From Candidatus Zipacnadia bacterium (lineage in GTDB: Bacteria; Armatimonadota; Zipacnadia; Zipacnadales; UBA5352), in the NCBI GenBank assembly GCA_029820945.1, contig JALGUJ010000003.1:6873-70872 (forward strand): a DNA stretch of 64,000 nt, read 5' to 3'. The position numbers and the translations under genes were made by a program. Below the pieces are notes generated by a model, which had not been told where the DNA came from, searched no databases, and worked only from the letters and a program-made list of their open reading frames with translations. Positions 39,458-48,734 of this stretch are shown here, piece after piece. The stretch's first letter is position 1; each line of letters begins with the position of its first letter.

Positions 39458-40732
39458 ATGGTGATCGACCTCATCCGACGCGTATATCCGCTTAACCGCG
39501 CACTGGTATCTGACGACTACGACCGCGCGCTACAGATCGTGGGCGAGCGCCTGGAGATGACGGTTCACGAATACCCCTCCGGAGAGCAGTGCTGGACATG
39601 GCGAATTCCGCAGAAGTGGACAGTCAATGAAGCCTGGGTCGAGGCTGAGGGCGAGCGCATCATCGACTTCGCCGACCATCCGCTCCACCTCTGGACGGGA
39701 TCGCTGCCGGTGGACATGATGGTTTCGCGGGAGGAGCTTGTCGAGCATCTCGCGTGGCAGGAGGATCTTCCCGACGCCATCCCGTACCGCTTCAACTTCT
39801 ACCAGCTGACATGGGGCTTCTCGATCTCCTACCGGCAACTGCGCACCCTGGAAGCCGACCAGTATCACGTCTACATCGACACGGAGTACTCGGACGGCTA
39901 TCTCAAGGTGGGGGAGGCGACTGTGGAGGGCGAGTCTGACGAGGTGGTCGTGTTGATGGGACACCTCGACCACCCCGCTCAGGCGAATGATGGGCTGTCG
40001 GGGGTTGCGGTAGGCGTCGAGCTGATGAACTGGCTGCGCGAGCGTGACAACCACTACACGTACACCTTCCTGGTCCTCCCGGAGACCATCGGCTCAATCG
40101 CGTTCTTCAGTCACAACATGGACATCATCCCGCGCTGCCGCTGCGGCATATTCCTCGAGATGATGGGCAATGAAGGCCAGTTCGCCCTGCAGCACTCCCG
40201 GCAGCACGATGACTTCATCGACCGGGCCGCGCGGCGTGCTCTGATCGATCGCTTCGGAGAGGGCAACTTCAGCGAGGGCGCATTTCGGCAGGTCGTTGGC
40301 AATGATGAGATGGTGCTGAACGGGCCGGGCCTGAACGTCCCCACCGTGTCCATCTCCCGCTGGCCCTACCCGCAGTACCACACGCAGTTCGATAACCTCG
40401 ACATCATCTCCAAGGAGCGCCTGGAGGAATCACGCGACGTCATCAAGGATATCATCGGCATCGTGGAGCGCGACTTCGTCCCCCGACGGAAGTTTACCGG
40501 CCCTATCTTCCTGTCCGGCTACGGACTCTGGGTTGACTATAGCGACAACTTCGCCCTTAACCGCGCCATCGAGCAGGTCATGCTCTCCCTCGAAGGCGAC
40601 CAGAGCATCCTGGACATCGTGGATAAGACGAGCGTGACCTACGACGAGATCTACGACTTCGTGCAGCGCACCGTGGACCTGGACCTCGCCGAGTCCATCG
40701 GTCGAGGCGCCGACCTCGACCGGCCGGACTGA
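39458..40732 (+). CDS. DUF4910/DUF2172 family M28-peptidase-like protein with C-terminal wHTH
   Basis: PSGEQCWTWRIPQKW, PDAIPY, WGF, HLDHPAQANDGLSG, PETIGSI, YPQYHT..DN. Confidence 0.85.
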   Translation: MVIDLIRRVYPLNRALVSDDYDRALQIVGERLEMTVHEYPSGEQCWTWRIPQKWTVNEAWVEAEGERIIDFADHPLHLWTGSLPVDMMVSREELVEHLAWQEDLPDAIPYRFNFYQLTWGFSISYRQLRTLEADQYHVYIDTEYSDGYLKVGEATVEGESDEVVVLMGHLDHPAQANDGLSGVAVGVELMNWLRERDNHYTYTFLVLPETIGSIAFFSHNMDIIPRCRCGIFLEMMGNEGQFALQHSRQHDDFIDRAARRALIDRFGEGNFSEGAFRQVVGNDEMVLNGPGLNVPTVSISRWPYPQYHTQFDNLDIISKERLEESRDVIKDIIGIVERDFVPRRKFTGPIFLSGYGLWVDYSDNFALNRAIEQVMLSLEGDQSILDIVDKTSVTYDEIYDFVQRTVDLDLAESIGRGADLDRPD

Positions 40733-40884
40733 CCACGACCCGCATCGCCAGCCACCTCGCCCACCTCGCCGCGCCGCCGGCCGACTGATCCGCCACCGCC
40801 GTCGTCTCTGCGGAGGCGGCCCCGCTCCGGGCGACGAAGTCCCACGTGAACCGGGCTATCCGCAGTGCCGACGGAGTGATCGAC

Positions 40885-43245
40885 GTGAATGGCCTGAGAT
40901 CGGCTGCGATGCTCAGCCTCGTGCTGCTCGCGGCAAGCGCCGCGCTCGCCGTCACCGTGGTCGCCCCCGGAGAGGAGCCGCTGCCCGTCGTGCTCGCATC
41001 CGACGCCATCCCCGCCGAGCAGACCGCGGCGGAGGAGCTGGCGTCCTACCTCGGACGCATCGCGGGCCGCGAGTTCGAGGTCATCGTTGAGGGAGAGGTC
41101 GGCGACGGAGCCGGCATCTTCGTCGGCCCGACCGCGCGCGCGGCCGAGCTGGGCATCGACCACCGTGCGCTCGGGCCGGAGGAGTGGGCGGTCCGGACTG
41201 CCGGCGACGACCTGATCGTGGCCGGCGGGCGGCCGCGCGGCACGCTCTACGCCGCCTACCACCTGCTCGAGGATGTGCTGGGCGTGCATTGGTGGACGCC
41301 CTGGGACGAGAGCGTTCCGAGCATCCCGACGATCGACCTCGGCGAGCTCGATCTGCGCGGAGAGCCCGTGCTGCAGTACCGCGACATCTACCGCGTCTAC
41401 GGCTATGACGAGGGCCGGTTCGCCGCGCACAACCGGCTGAACCGCATGGGCGACCCGCCGATACACGCGCGGTACGGCGGGGGCATGGACTACGGACCGC
41501 CCTACCACGTGCACACGTTCTATCTCTACTTCCCGCCCGACCAGTACTTCGAGGATCACCCCGATTGGTACTCGCTCATCGACGGCAAGCGCAACGCGGA
41601 GCGCAAGCAGCTCTGCCTGACCAACCAGGAGCTGCGCGAGGCGTTCCTGGGGAAGCTCCGGGCCTTCATCGAGGAGAGCCGCAAGCAGGCGGCCGAGCGC
41701 GGCGGCCCGCCCCCTCGCGTGTTCTCGGTCTCGCAGAACGACTGGCGGGGCGCCTGCCAGTGCGAGAGCTGCCAGGCCATCGTTGAGCGCGAGGGCTCCG
41801 AGGCCGGACCGCTGCTGGACTTCGTGAACTTCCTCGCGGACGGGATCGCGGAGGACTACCCCGACGTCTACCTGAGCACGCTGGCGTACCAGTACACCCA
41901 GCAGCCGCCGACGAGCATCCGCCCGCGCGAGAACGTCATCGTGCGCCTGTGCGACACCACGAGCACATTCACGCGCGCCATCACCGACCCCGAGAACGAG
42001 CAGTTTCGCGACATTCTGCTCTCGTGGGCGGAGATTGCGGACAACCTGCGCATCTGGGACTACGCGGTGACCTACGCCCGGCCCCGCGGACTGCCGATGC
42101 CGAGCGTGCAGACCTACGGGCCGGACTTCCGCTTCTACGCCGAGCACAACGTCGAGGGCGTCTTCACGGAGCTGGAGTTCCCGGTCAGGGCGGACATGCG
42201 CGACCTGAAGGTCTGGATGATGTGCAAGCTCCTCGAGGACCCGTACGCCGACTACGATGGGCTGCTGGCGACCTTCACCGAGGGCTTCTACGGCCCCGCC
42301 GGGCCGATGGTCCGGGAGTATCTGGCCGCGCTGCAGGCCGCCTCCGAGGCCCGTCCGAGTCACATCAGCATGGGCGCGTCGCTGCCGTCGTACGGCACCT
42401 ACCTGACGCTCGAATTCGTGCGGCACGCGCACGCGATCTTCGACCGCGCCGAGGCGGCGGTGGCGGACGAGGAGACGCTCCTGCAGCGCGTTCGCCACGC
42501 CAGGATGCCGCTCGACCGCGCGACGGTGATGCTGGCGCGGCCGCTCTCGCGCGAATGGGTGCAGCGGGGGAACGACCCGGCGGAGCTGCCCTTCGAGCGC
42601 CAGGCCATCGGCGAACGCTACAGCGCAACGTGGCTGGCGGAGGTGGAGCGGCGGCTGCCCGAGTCACAGCGCGCGCAGTCGCGGGCCGAGCTGGAGGAGG
42701 AGTTGACGCGATACACGGCGCTGCCCGAGTTCGTACCGCTGCCGGAGAAGTTCGCCGACGTGCCGCCCGAGCGCGTCTTCGACTTCACCGCGGATCAGTC
42801 GCGGAACTGGAAGGACATCGTGAAGGTGGTGCGCGACGAGGAGGCGGAGAGCGGGATCACCAACCGGCTTCAGTTCCCCACGGCCATCGACACCGAGAAG
42901 CATCCGGTCGAGCGCTACGAGCTGCCCATGCCCTGGGGCCTGTACGACGTGCGCAACAAGAAGGGGCGAGCCAGCGCCCAGATCAGGGCCGAGGACGTCC
43001 CCGGGCCGGGCTATCACTGGTACCGGATGGGCAGCTTCGAGATCGGGCCCTCCTACTACCTGTACTTCTTCTGGAGCTGGATCATCCAGGTAGACATCGA
43101 CTCCGCGTGGGACGCCGAAAGGCCCGACCGGGAGTTCGAGATCTGGGCGCGGATCAAGTTCGAGGGGCCGGCCTTCCCGCACGGTGACGAGGCCGACGCG
43201 AACGCCATCTGCGTGGAGCGCGTGGTGCTGGTGGGGCAGGAGTAA
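40885..43245 (+). CDS. Secreted DUF4838-domain protein (putative glycoside hydrolase)
   Basis: GTG at 40885 after GGAG; signal peptide; AAEELASYL, RGTLYAAY...LGVHWWTP, HTF, HPDWYSL, QLCLTN, SVSQND, TLAYQYT, IWDY. Confidence 0.8.
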   Translation: MNGLRSAAMLSLVLLAASAALAVTVVAPGEEPLPVVLASDAIPAEQTAAEELASYLGRIAGREFEVIVEGEVGDGAGIFVGPTARAAELGIDHRALGPEEWAVRTAGDDLIVAGGRPRGTLYAAYHLLEDVLGVHWWTPWDESVPSIPTIDLGELDLRGEPVLQYRDIYRVYGYDEGRFAAHNRLNRMGDPPIHARYGGGMDYGPPYHVHTFYLYFPPDQYFEDHPDWYSLIDGKRNAERKQLCLTNQELREAFLGKLRAFIEESRKQAAERGGPPPRVFSVSQNDWRGACQCESCQAIVEREGSEAGPLLDFVNFLADGIAEDYPDVYLSTLAYQYTQQPPTSIRPRENVIVRLCDTTSTFTRAITDPENEQFRDILLSWAEIADNLRIWDYAVTYARPRGLPMPSVQTYGPDFRFYAEHNVEGVFTELEFPVRADMRDLKVWMMCKLLEDPYADYDGLLATFTEGFYGPAGPMVREYLAALQAASEARPSHISMGASLPSYGTYLTLEFVRHAHAIFDRAEAAVADEETLLQRVRHARMPLDRATVMLARPLSREWVQRGNDPAELPFERQAIGERYSATWLAEVERRLPESQRAQSRAELEEELTRYTALPEFVPLPEKFADVPPERVFDFTADQSRNWKDIVKVVRDEEAESGITNRLQFPTAIDTEKHPVERYELPMPWGLYDVRNKKGRASAQIRAEDVPGPGYHWYRMGSFEIGPSYYLYFFWSWIIQVDIDSAWDAERPDREFEIWARIKFEGPAFPHGDEADANAICVERVVLVGQE

Positions 43246-43272
43246 CGACAAAGCATCACAGGAGGGGGAAAC

Positions 43273-44426
43273 ATGTACAACCCGTTCGGCAAGCCTGTGG
43301 ATGAGTTGACTGAGGACGATCTGCTGCAAACGCTACCCGGTAAGCGTGAGAGCTGGATCTACGAGTATAAGGGCCCTGACAAGCTCAAGGACATGAAGAG
43401 CATCCCCGGTCCATAGCTTCGTTTGCGAACTGGCACGGGGGCTGGCTATTCATCGGCATAGAGGAAGGGGAGGACGGAGAACCGGTGCTCGCTGACATTC
43501 AGGGCATCCCGGCTGACGAGCAATGCCTCTCAGAACGTGTGTACCAGACATGTCATTCCAATCTCTCTCCTGCCCCGTACGTGAGCTGTGGCGAGATCCG
43601 ACTTAGCTCTGGGCACTGGGTGCTCGCGATCCACATCCCGCAGAGCCCGAACCCGCCCCACATCATGATGAGCAGCGGAAGAGTACACGTGCGCTCAGGC
43701 AACACGACGAACCCCGTTAGCGTGGTCAAGGACCGCGGTGAACTTGACAGGCTCTATGAAAGAGCACGTGAGAACAGGGAAGGAGTCCAAGCGCTGCTCG
43801 ACGCGCACGGAAGGGGTAGGAGCTTCCTTGAGGAGGTGGTTCAGAACGCTCGCCGCTATCAGCAGGAGGAGATCACGCCCATTGCAGCTTTCTGCCTCCT
43901 CGCCTACCCTGAGACCCGCCTACCAGAGCTCCTCGCGTTCTCGTCAGCGATTCCCCCGACTACAGACATCGCGAACCGCATCTTCAACGAGGCAGACGAG
44001 CCAGCACGAAGCTGGGCCAGGTACGTTGGTGGGACCGGCAGCACGAAGTGGCTGGACCACCATCGCTGTCAAACGATCAGCGCCCGATTCGGTAGCTTGT
44101 TCTATGTTGATCGCTTTGGCCAGGTTGCCCATGCCCAGTTCACCGCGATGCTGCACGCCCTCACAGGCAGCCCGGACCCCATATGTGCTCAGGAATGCGC
44201 CGATCAGCTAGAAGGTTTCGCTGCGGGGGTTGAATTCGTGTACCGCGAATGGGGCTACCTCGGGCCTGTAACGCTGATGTGTCGCATGCAACTTGCAGAC
44301 GGAAGTCAACGCCCGCCTGTCCAGTTTAGCGCGGCTGCACTGGAATTGGCAGACACGGCAAGATGCATCCACAACGACGTCTTGCGTGACCTGCGACGAC
44401 TCGCGGGCCTGAATGACGTCGGATAG
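43273..44426 (+). pseudogene. Schlafen AlbA_2 domain protein, frameshifted near 43404-43408
   Basis: ATG 43273 after GGAGGGG gives MYNPFGKPVDELTEDDL...RESWIYEYKG...KSIPGP* (stop at 43416). Adding one base in ATCCCCGG continues as RSIASFANWHGGWLFIGIEE, the AlbA_2 motif, into the 43485..44426 ORF. Confidence 0.8.
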
Positions 44427-44512
44427 CACTTACTCAAGGCACGTACCCCTGGGCCGTTCGCCCTGGCTCAATGATGTGCTTGGCTAGCTGGGACACGCTT
44501 GCGACGGTCTCG

Positions 44513-46783
44513 TTACTGCTGCAGGGCCTGCTTCATGCTCACGATCGCCGCGGCCAGCCCGTCGCGCGCCTCATCTACGGCACGCACGTCCAGCGTGTAG
44601 GGCTCATCGTTCGCGCCACGCACCGACGGCCAGCGCTCGACCAGCGACAGGGCGGCGTCAAGGGCCTCGCGCCCGACCGCAGCGGCGTCGGCCCTTCCTG
44701 CGTCCTCGAGTTGCCGCGCGAGGTCATCTGCCAGGGCCATGTACTCGTAGTCCTCCAGGCCCTCGCGGAACAGCTCCCAGCGGATCGAGTCGATGGGCGT
44801 GGGCTCGTCGGGCGCGCGCGGCGGATAGAGCAGCACGCCGGAGCTCCCGACGCCCGCCGTCCACGGGTCTTCGACCTCGCCGCGCCAGCAGACCGTGCCC
44901 CACCACGAGTAGGTGCCGTCCACCGCGTACTTGCGCAGCAGCCAGGGCCAGAGGCGGACGCGGATGGGCCGGTGGTCGGGGTAGTTCACCGCGTTGTTGT
45001 AGACCAGGATCCGGTCGCCGTCCGCCCTCGCAGCCTCGATCTTCGGCACGGCCCGGTCCCAGGAGTCGGTGTGCAGGATCCAGACGTGCGTGACGTCCAG
45101 CAGCTCCGCGGCGGGGGCGCTGACGGTCTGCGCGATGCGCAGCTCCGGCTCGACGTTCAGGAGCAGCTCGCTCAGCGCCCGGATGCCGTTGCGGGTCGGC
45201 TCGTGGTTAAGCCTGGGCTCGTCGATGAACCGCACGGTCGGCTCTTGGAAGAGATCGGCGTCCCTGAGCGCGGTGCAGAGCTTCGTGATCCAGTCGCGGA
45301 AGGGCCGCTCGAACTGCGGGTTGAGCTGCGTCAGCGCGTCGTTGGCGAAGATGGGGATGCCCTGCCACTGCGCGTCGCGGGGCATGATGTGCTCGCCGCC
45401 ATGGCCAATCCAGAGGGCCGGGAGGTCGAAGCGGCGCGCGCCCAGCTCATCGCGCATGAAGGCGAGGTGCTCGAGGTACTCCTCGAGGTCCACCGTCACG
45501 CTGTCGCCCTGCACTTGCGGCTTCGGGACCACGCCGGGCGCGCAGCGGCTGCGATGATCGTAGAAGTCCTGGTAGTAGCGCGCCAATACCATGTCCGGGT
45601 CGCCGCTCTCGCGCTCGAGCACGATCCCGAAGCGGAAGCCGGAGCGCACGTCGATGGTGGGCCGCTCGGGGATGAGGAAGTCATGTACGTGCAGGCGCAG
45701 CGGCACGGCGCAGACCTCATCGCCGGCCGCCGTCAGCGCGACCTGGCCCTCGTAGTCGCCCGGCTCCTGGTCGCGCGGCACGTGGAGTGTGAACCAGAAG
45801 CCCTGGTTGTGGCCGGCGGGGATGTCAACGGGAAGACGCTCCGTCAGCGGGTCGGGGTTAAGGCCCTTGTGACCGTAGGGGCCCATCGGCCGCTGGATGT
45901 CCACCGTCTCGATCAGGCGGCAGTGCAGGTGCTCGCCCGACAGCGTCGCGGGACCTGCCAGATCTCCCCAGGTGAAGGCGACATTGCGCGCCCCACCGGT
46001 CGGCGTAACCGCGACCTGGAAGGACTCGTACTCGCCGAGCGCTGCGGACAGCTCGATGGCCTGCAGCGGCTCGCCCGTGGGCAGGTCGCGGTCCGGCAGG
46101 ATCTTGCGGTTCTCGCTGTCGGTCCACAGGACGCCGCCCGGGAACTGCCGCAGCACGCGCGCCGTGTCCTCGATCTCCCGCGGCTTGCGGCCCACGACGA
46201 TGACGTCATCGATCCACGCGCGGCAGCCGGGCACCTCAGTCACCAGCTTGATCAGCAGCGAGACGGCCTGCTCGCCCTCAGGGGCGATGAAGTCGCCCAC
46301 GTCGGCGCGCACCCAGCCCCGCTCGTCGGCGCCGCCCACCCACTCCCCCGCCACGAACTCGCCGCGCCGGTCATGCGGCACGGTGACCACCGGCCGATAG
46401 AGCAGGCTCTCCATCTCTCGCTCGCCGACCGGATAGCGGACGAAGCAGGTGATGCGGCTGGGCCCGCCCTCGGCGCGGTAGTGCAGGCTGAGGCTGTAGA
46501 CGCCACCGGGCTCTACGGGGACCACCGTGCTCCAACCGCCGTTGAGGCCCTCGAGGCCGAGGCTCCGGGAGCCGCTGTGGGCCTGGTCATCGGCCCACCA
46601 GCCGCGCGAGTCCTGCCACGAGTAGAAGCCCCACTCGGCCGGCTCGCCGGCCGCGCCCTCCTCGAAGCTCGGGTTCGGCGCGAGGCTCTCGACCGCGGCT
46701 TCCTGCGCCCCCGCCCGGCAGCCGGCCAGCAGCGCCAGGCCGAGGGCGGCGATGGCGGCACACGCGATAGCGGCCCTGGACAT
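44513..46783 (-). CDS. Lipoprotein with DUF4091 (GH123-like) C-terminal region and N-terminal CBM-like domain
   Basis: Lipobox LLAGC; APNPSFEEG; GEYESFQV, PDPL, NQGFW, FIDEP, LLYPP, SIRWELFREGLEDYEY. Confidence 0.8.
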   Translation of the reverse strand: MSRAAIACAAIAALGLALLAGCRAGAQEAAVESLAPNPSFEEGAAGEPAEWGFYSWQDSRGWWADDQAHSGSRSLGLEGLNGGWSTVVPVEPGGVYSLSLHYRAEGGPSRITCFVRYPVGEREMESLLYRPVVTVPHDRRGEFVAGEWVGGADERGWVRADVGDFIAPEGEQAVSLLIKLVTEVPGCRAWIDDVIVVGRKPREIEDTARVLRQFPGGVLWTDSENRKILPDRDLPTGEPLQAIELSAALGEYESFQVAVTPTGGARNVAFTWGDLAGPATLSGEHLHCRLIETVDIQRPMGPYGHKGLNPDPLTERLPVDIPAGHNQGFWFTLHVPRDQEPGDYEGQVALTAAGDEVCAVPLRLHVHDFLIPERPTIDVRSGFRFGIVLERESGDPDMVLARYYQDFYDHRSRCAPGVVPKPQVQGDSVTVDLEEYLEHLAFMRDELGARRFDLPALWIGHGGEHIMPRDAQWQGIPIFANDALTQLNPQFERPFRDWITKLCTALRDADLFQEPTVRFIDEPRLNHEPTRNGIRALSELLLNVEPELRIAQTVSAPAAELLDVTHVWILHTDSWDRAVPKIEAARADGDRILVYNNAVNYPDHRPIRVRLWPWLLRKYAVDGTYSWWGTVCWRGEVEDPWTAGVGSSGVLLYPPRAPDEPTPIDSIRWELFREGLEDYEYMALADDLARQLEDAGRADAAAVGREALDAALSLVERWPSVRGANDEPYTLDVRAVDEARDGLAAAIVSMKQALQQ

Positions 46784-46872
46784 GCCTCTCTCACGCTCCT
46801 CCACGTCTCGCGAGGCGGACGGCGCATGGGCCGCGGGTGGGTCGATCTCGCCGGCCTGTACGCGCGACCGGC

Positions 46873-47829
46873 TCAGCGGACCTCGAACCGCAGAGCCGCG
46901 TCGAGCACCCAGGCCCAGAAGCCGCCGCCCTCGAGCGTCCGTCCCTCGTCCATGTTGTCGTGGAAGCTCTCCTCGGTCACGTTCAGCCGGCAGATGTACT
47001 CCCCCGGAGGCAATCGCAGCGAGCCGACCCCCGGCCGGTCAGGCTCCCACTCGCCGAAGAGGCCGATGCTCTCGATGGCGCCCGCCTCAGTCGCCTCGTA
47101 GCCGTAAGCCAGACGGCGCAACTCGTACCAGCGAGGTGGCCCGTCGCGGTACCCGCGCTCCCTCTGCCCCACCCGCCAGAGCACGTGCAGACTGCTGTCG
47201 AGCGCGAACTGGTGCTCGGCGCCGCCATGTCCATCGGTCACGAACCAGTCGAAGAGCAGGTACCCGCGCACCGAGTGCCCGGCCTCCAGATGCCGGGCCA
47301 GCTCCGCGTCGGGCACGTTCCACCGGCAGTCCTCGCACCACCAGCGTCCCAGGTGGCCGAGCTGCCAGCTCGACCAGGTCCGCGCATCCTGCGCGTTGTC
47401 CTCCTCAAGCGCGCCGCTGATGGGCTTCGCGCCCACCAGCTTGAGCTGGTAGGCGAACCAGGGCTTGAGGCCGCAAGCGCGCACAGCGCCCTGTAGCGTC
47501 GGGGCCGGGGAGTGGTACCGCACCTCGACGCGGCGCCGGTCGGCGTCGGCGTAGTCAAAGTCGGCGCGCAAGGCCTCCGCGTAGGGCACGCCCGCTATGT
47601 CGCGCCAGCGTTGCCGCTGAGGGGCGTGCATCTGCACTGGCGCAAGCGTCTCCTCGCTGGTCTCGCCGACCATGACTCTCGCCTCATCGGTGCCGGGCTC
47701 CGGGATATGCTGGCGCGGGAGGGTGGAACACCCCGCGGTCAGCGTAATCCAGACGAGGAGCGCGGCCGGCCCACAAAGAGCCGGCTGCCGCGCCCGGCGG
47801 AAGCCCCCATCTCTGTTCGTGGGACTCAT
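46873..47829 (-). CDS. Hypothetical lipoprotein
   Basis: Lipobox LTAGC; GLKPWFAYQLKLVG, GYLLFDWFVTD, LNVTEESFH; host-like codon usage. Confidence 0.6.
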   Translation of the reverse strand: MSPTNRDGGFRRARQPALCGPAALLVWITLTAGCSTLPRQHIPEPGTDEARVMVGETSEETLAPVQMHAPQRQRWRDIAGVPYAEALRADFDYADADRRRVEVRYHSPAPTLQGAVRACGLKPWFAYQLKLVGAKPISGALEEDNAQDARTWSSWQLGHLGRWWCEDCRWNVPDAELARHLEAGHSVRGYLLFDWFVTDGHGGAEHQFALDSSLHVLWRVGQRERGYRDGPPRWYELRRLAYGYEATEAGAIESIGLFGEWEPDRPGVGSLRLPPGEYICRLNVTEESFHDNMDEGRTLEGGGFWAWVLDAALRFEVR

Positions 47830-47948
47830 GGTTCATCCCCACCGCGCTGAGGACCCCGGAGGTGGCTCGAGCGCGCCCGCTGCTCCCCTGTACGGTCAGA
47901 CGCGCGAGCATGTTGCCCGCGCGTGTGCGTCACGTGAACACGCCCGGC

Positions 47949-48575
47949 CTACTCGCTGGGCTGCGAGGGAACCCAGGCAATGGCGTTATCCACCTGCTGC
48001 TCCTTGGCCCACTTCACGTGTCCGTCCACGAAGCCCCAGATGACGCCATCGTTATGCCGTTGCGGCCAGTTGTTGCCGGTGAAGCTGTTGTCGTCCGGCG
48101 CGCCGCAGATGTCGTTGCCGATGTCGTTGACGTACCAGTCACCATCGGTACCGGTCTTCCCATTGGCGCCGATCGCCTCGGGCCGCACGTCACCGCACAG
48201 CACCTTGACAGAGGGATCCCAGAAGTTCCCGAGGCCTTGGCCGGAGGCCAGGAAGCTCATGCCGTATCCGGGCCCCTTGTCCTTGCGGTCCGGGCAATAC
48301 AGGATCTGGCGATTACGCGTGTATGGGAAGATCGCGTTGTACCACTGCGAATCGGGCTCGCCGGCCGCAGCCTGCCCCGCCGGGAGGATCTCGTCGAAAT
48401 CCTGAGCGTACATGTTCATGGCGAGACAGAGCTGCTTGACGTTGGAGATGCAGGCGGCCTGTCTTCCCTTGCCCCTCGCTCGGGAGAATACGGGGAACAG
48501 GATGGAGGCCAGGATTGAGATGATCGCTATGACGACCAGAAGCTCGATGAGAGTAAAACCTGTGCGCTTGTGCAT
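47949..48575 (-). CDS. Prepilin-type N-terminal cleavage/methylation protein, DUF1559 family with H-X9-DG motif
   Basis: GFTLIELLVVIAIISILASILFPVF, ACISNVKQL, YAQDFDE, RHNDGVIWGFVDGHVKW. Confidence 0.9.
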   Translation of the reverse strand: MHKRTGFTLIELLVVIAIISILASILFPVFSRARGKGRQAACISNVKQLCLAMNMYAQDFDEILPAGQAAAGEPDSQWYNAIFPYTRNRQILYCPDRKDKGPGYGMSFLASGQGLGNFWDPSVKVLCGDVRPEAIGANGKTGTDGDWYVNDIGNDICGAPDDNSFTGNNWPQRHNDGVIWGFVDGHVKWAKEQQVDNAIAWVPSQPSE

Positions 48576-48734
48576 TGAGGACGCCTCCTTCGGCTTCACG
48601 CCCCCGAACGGGACGCGATGGTGCTGCCACCTGGAATAACAAACACAGTGCGCGCCAACAAGTTTCGCCGCGGCGCAGCAAATGCCTCCGTACGGGCCCG
48701 CTCTCGCCGCTTCGGGCGATTCGTCACGCGGCCA

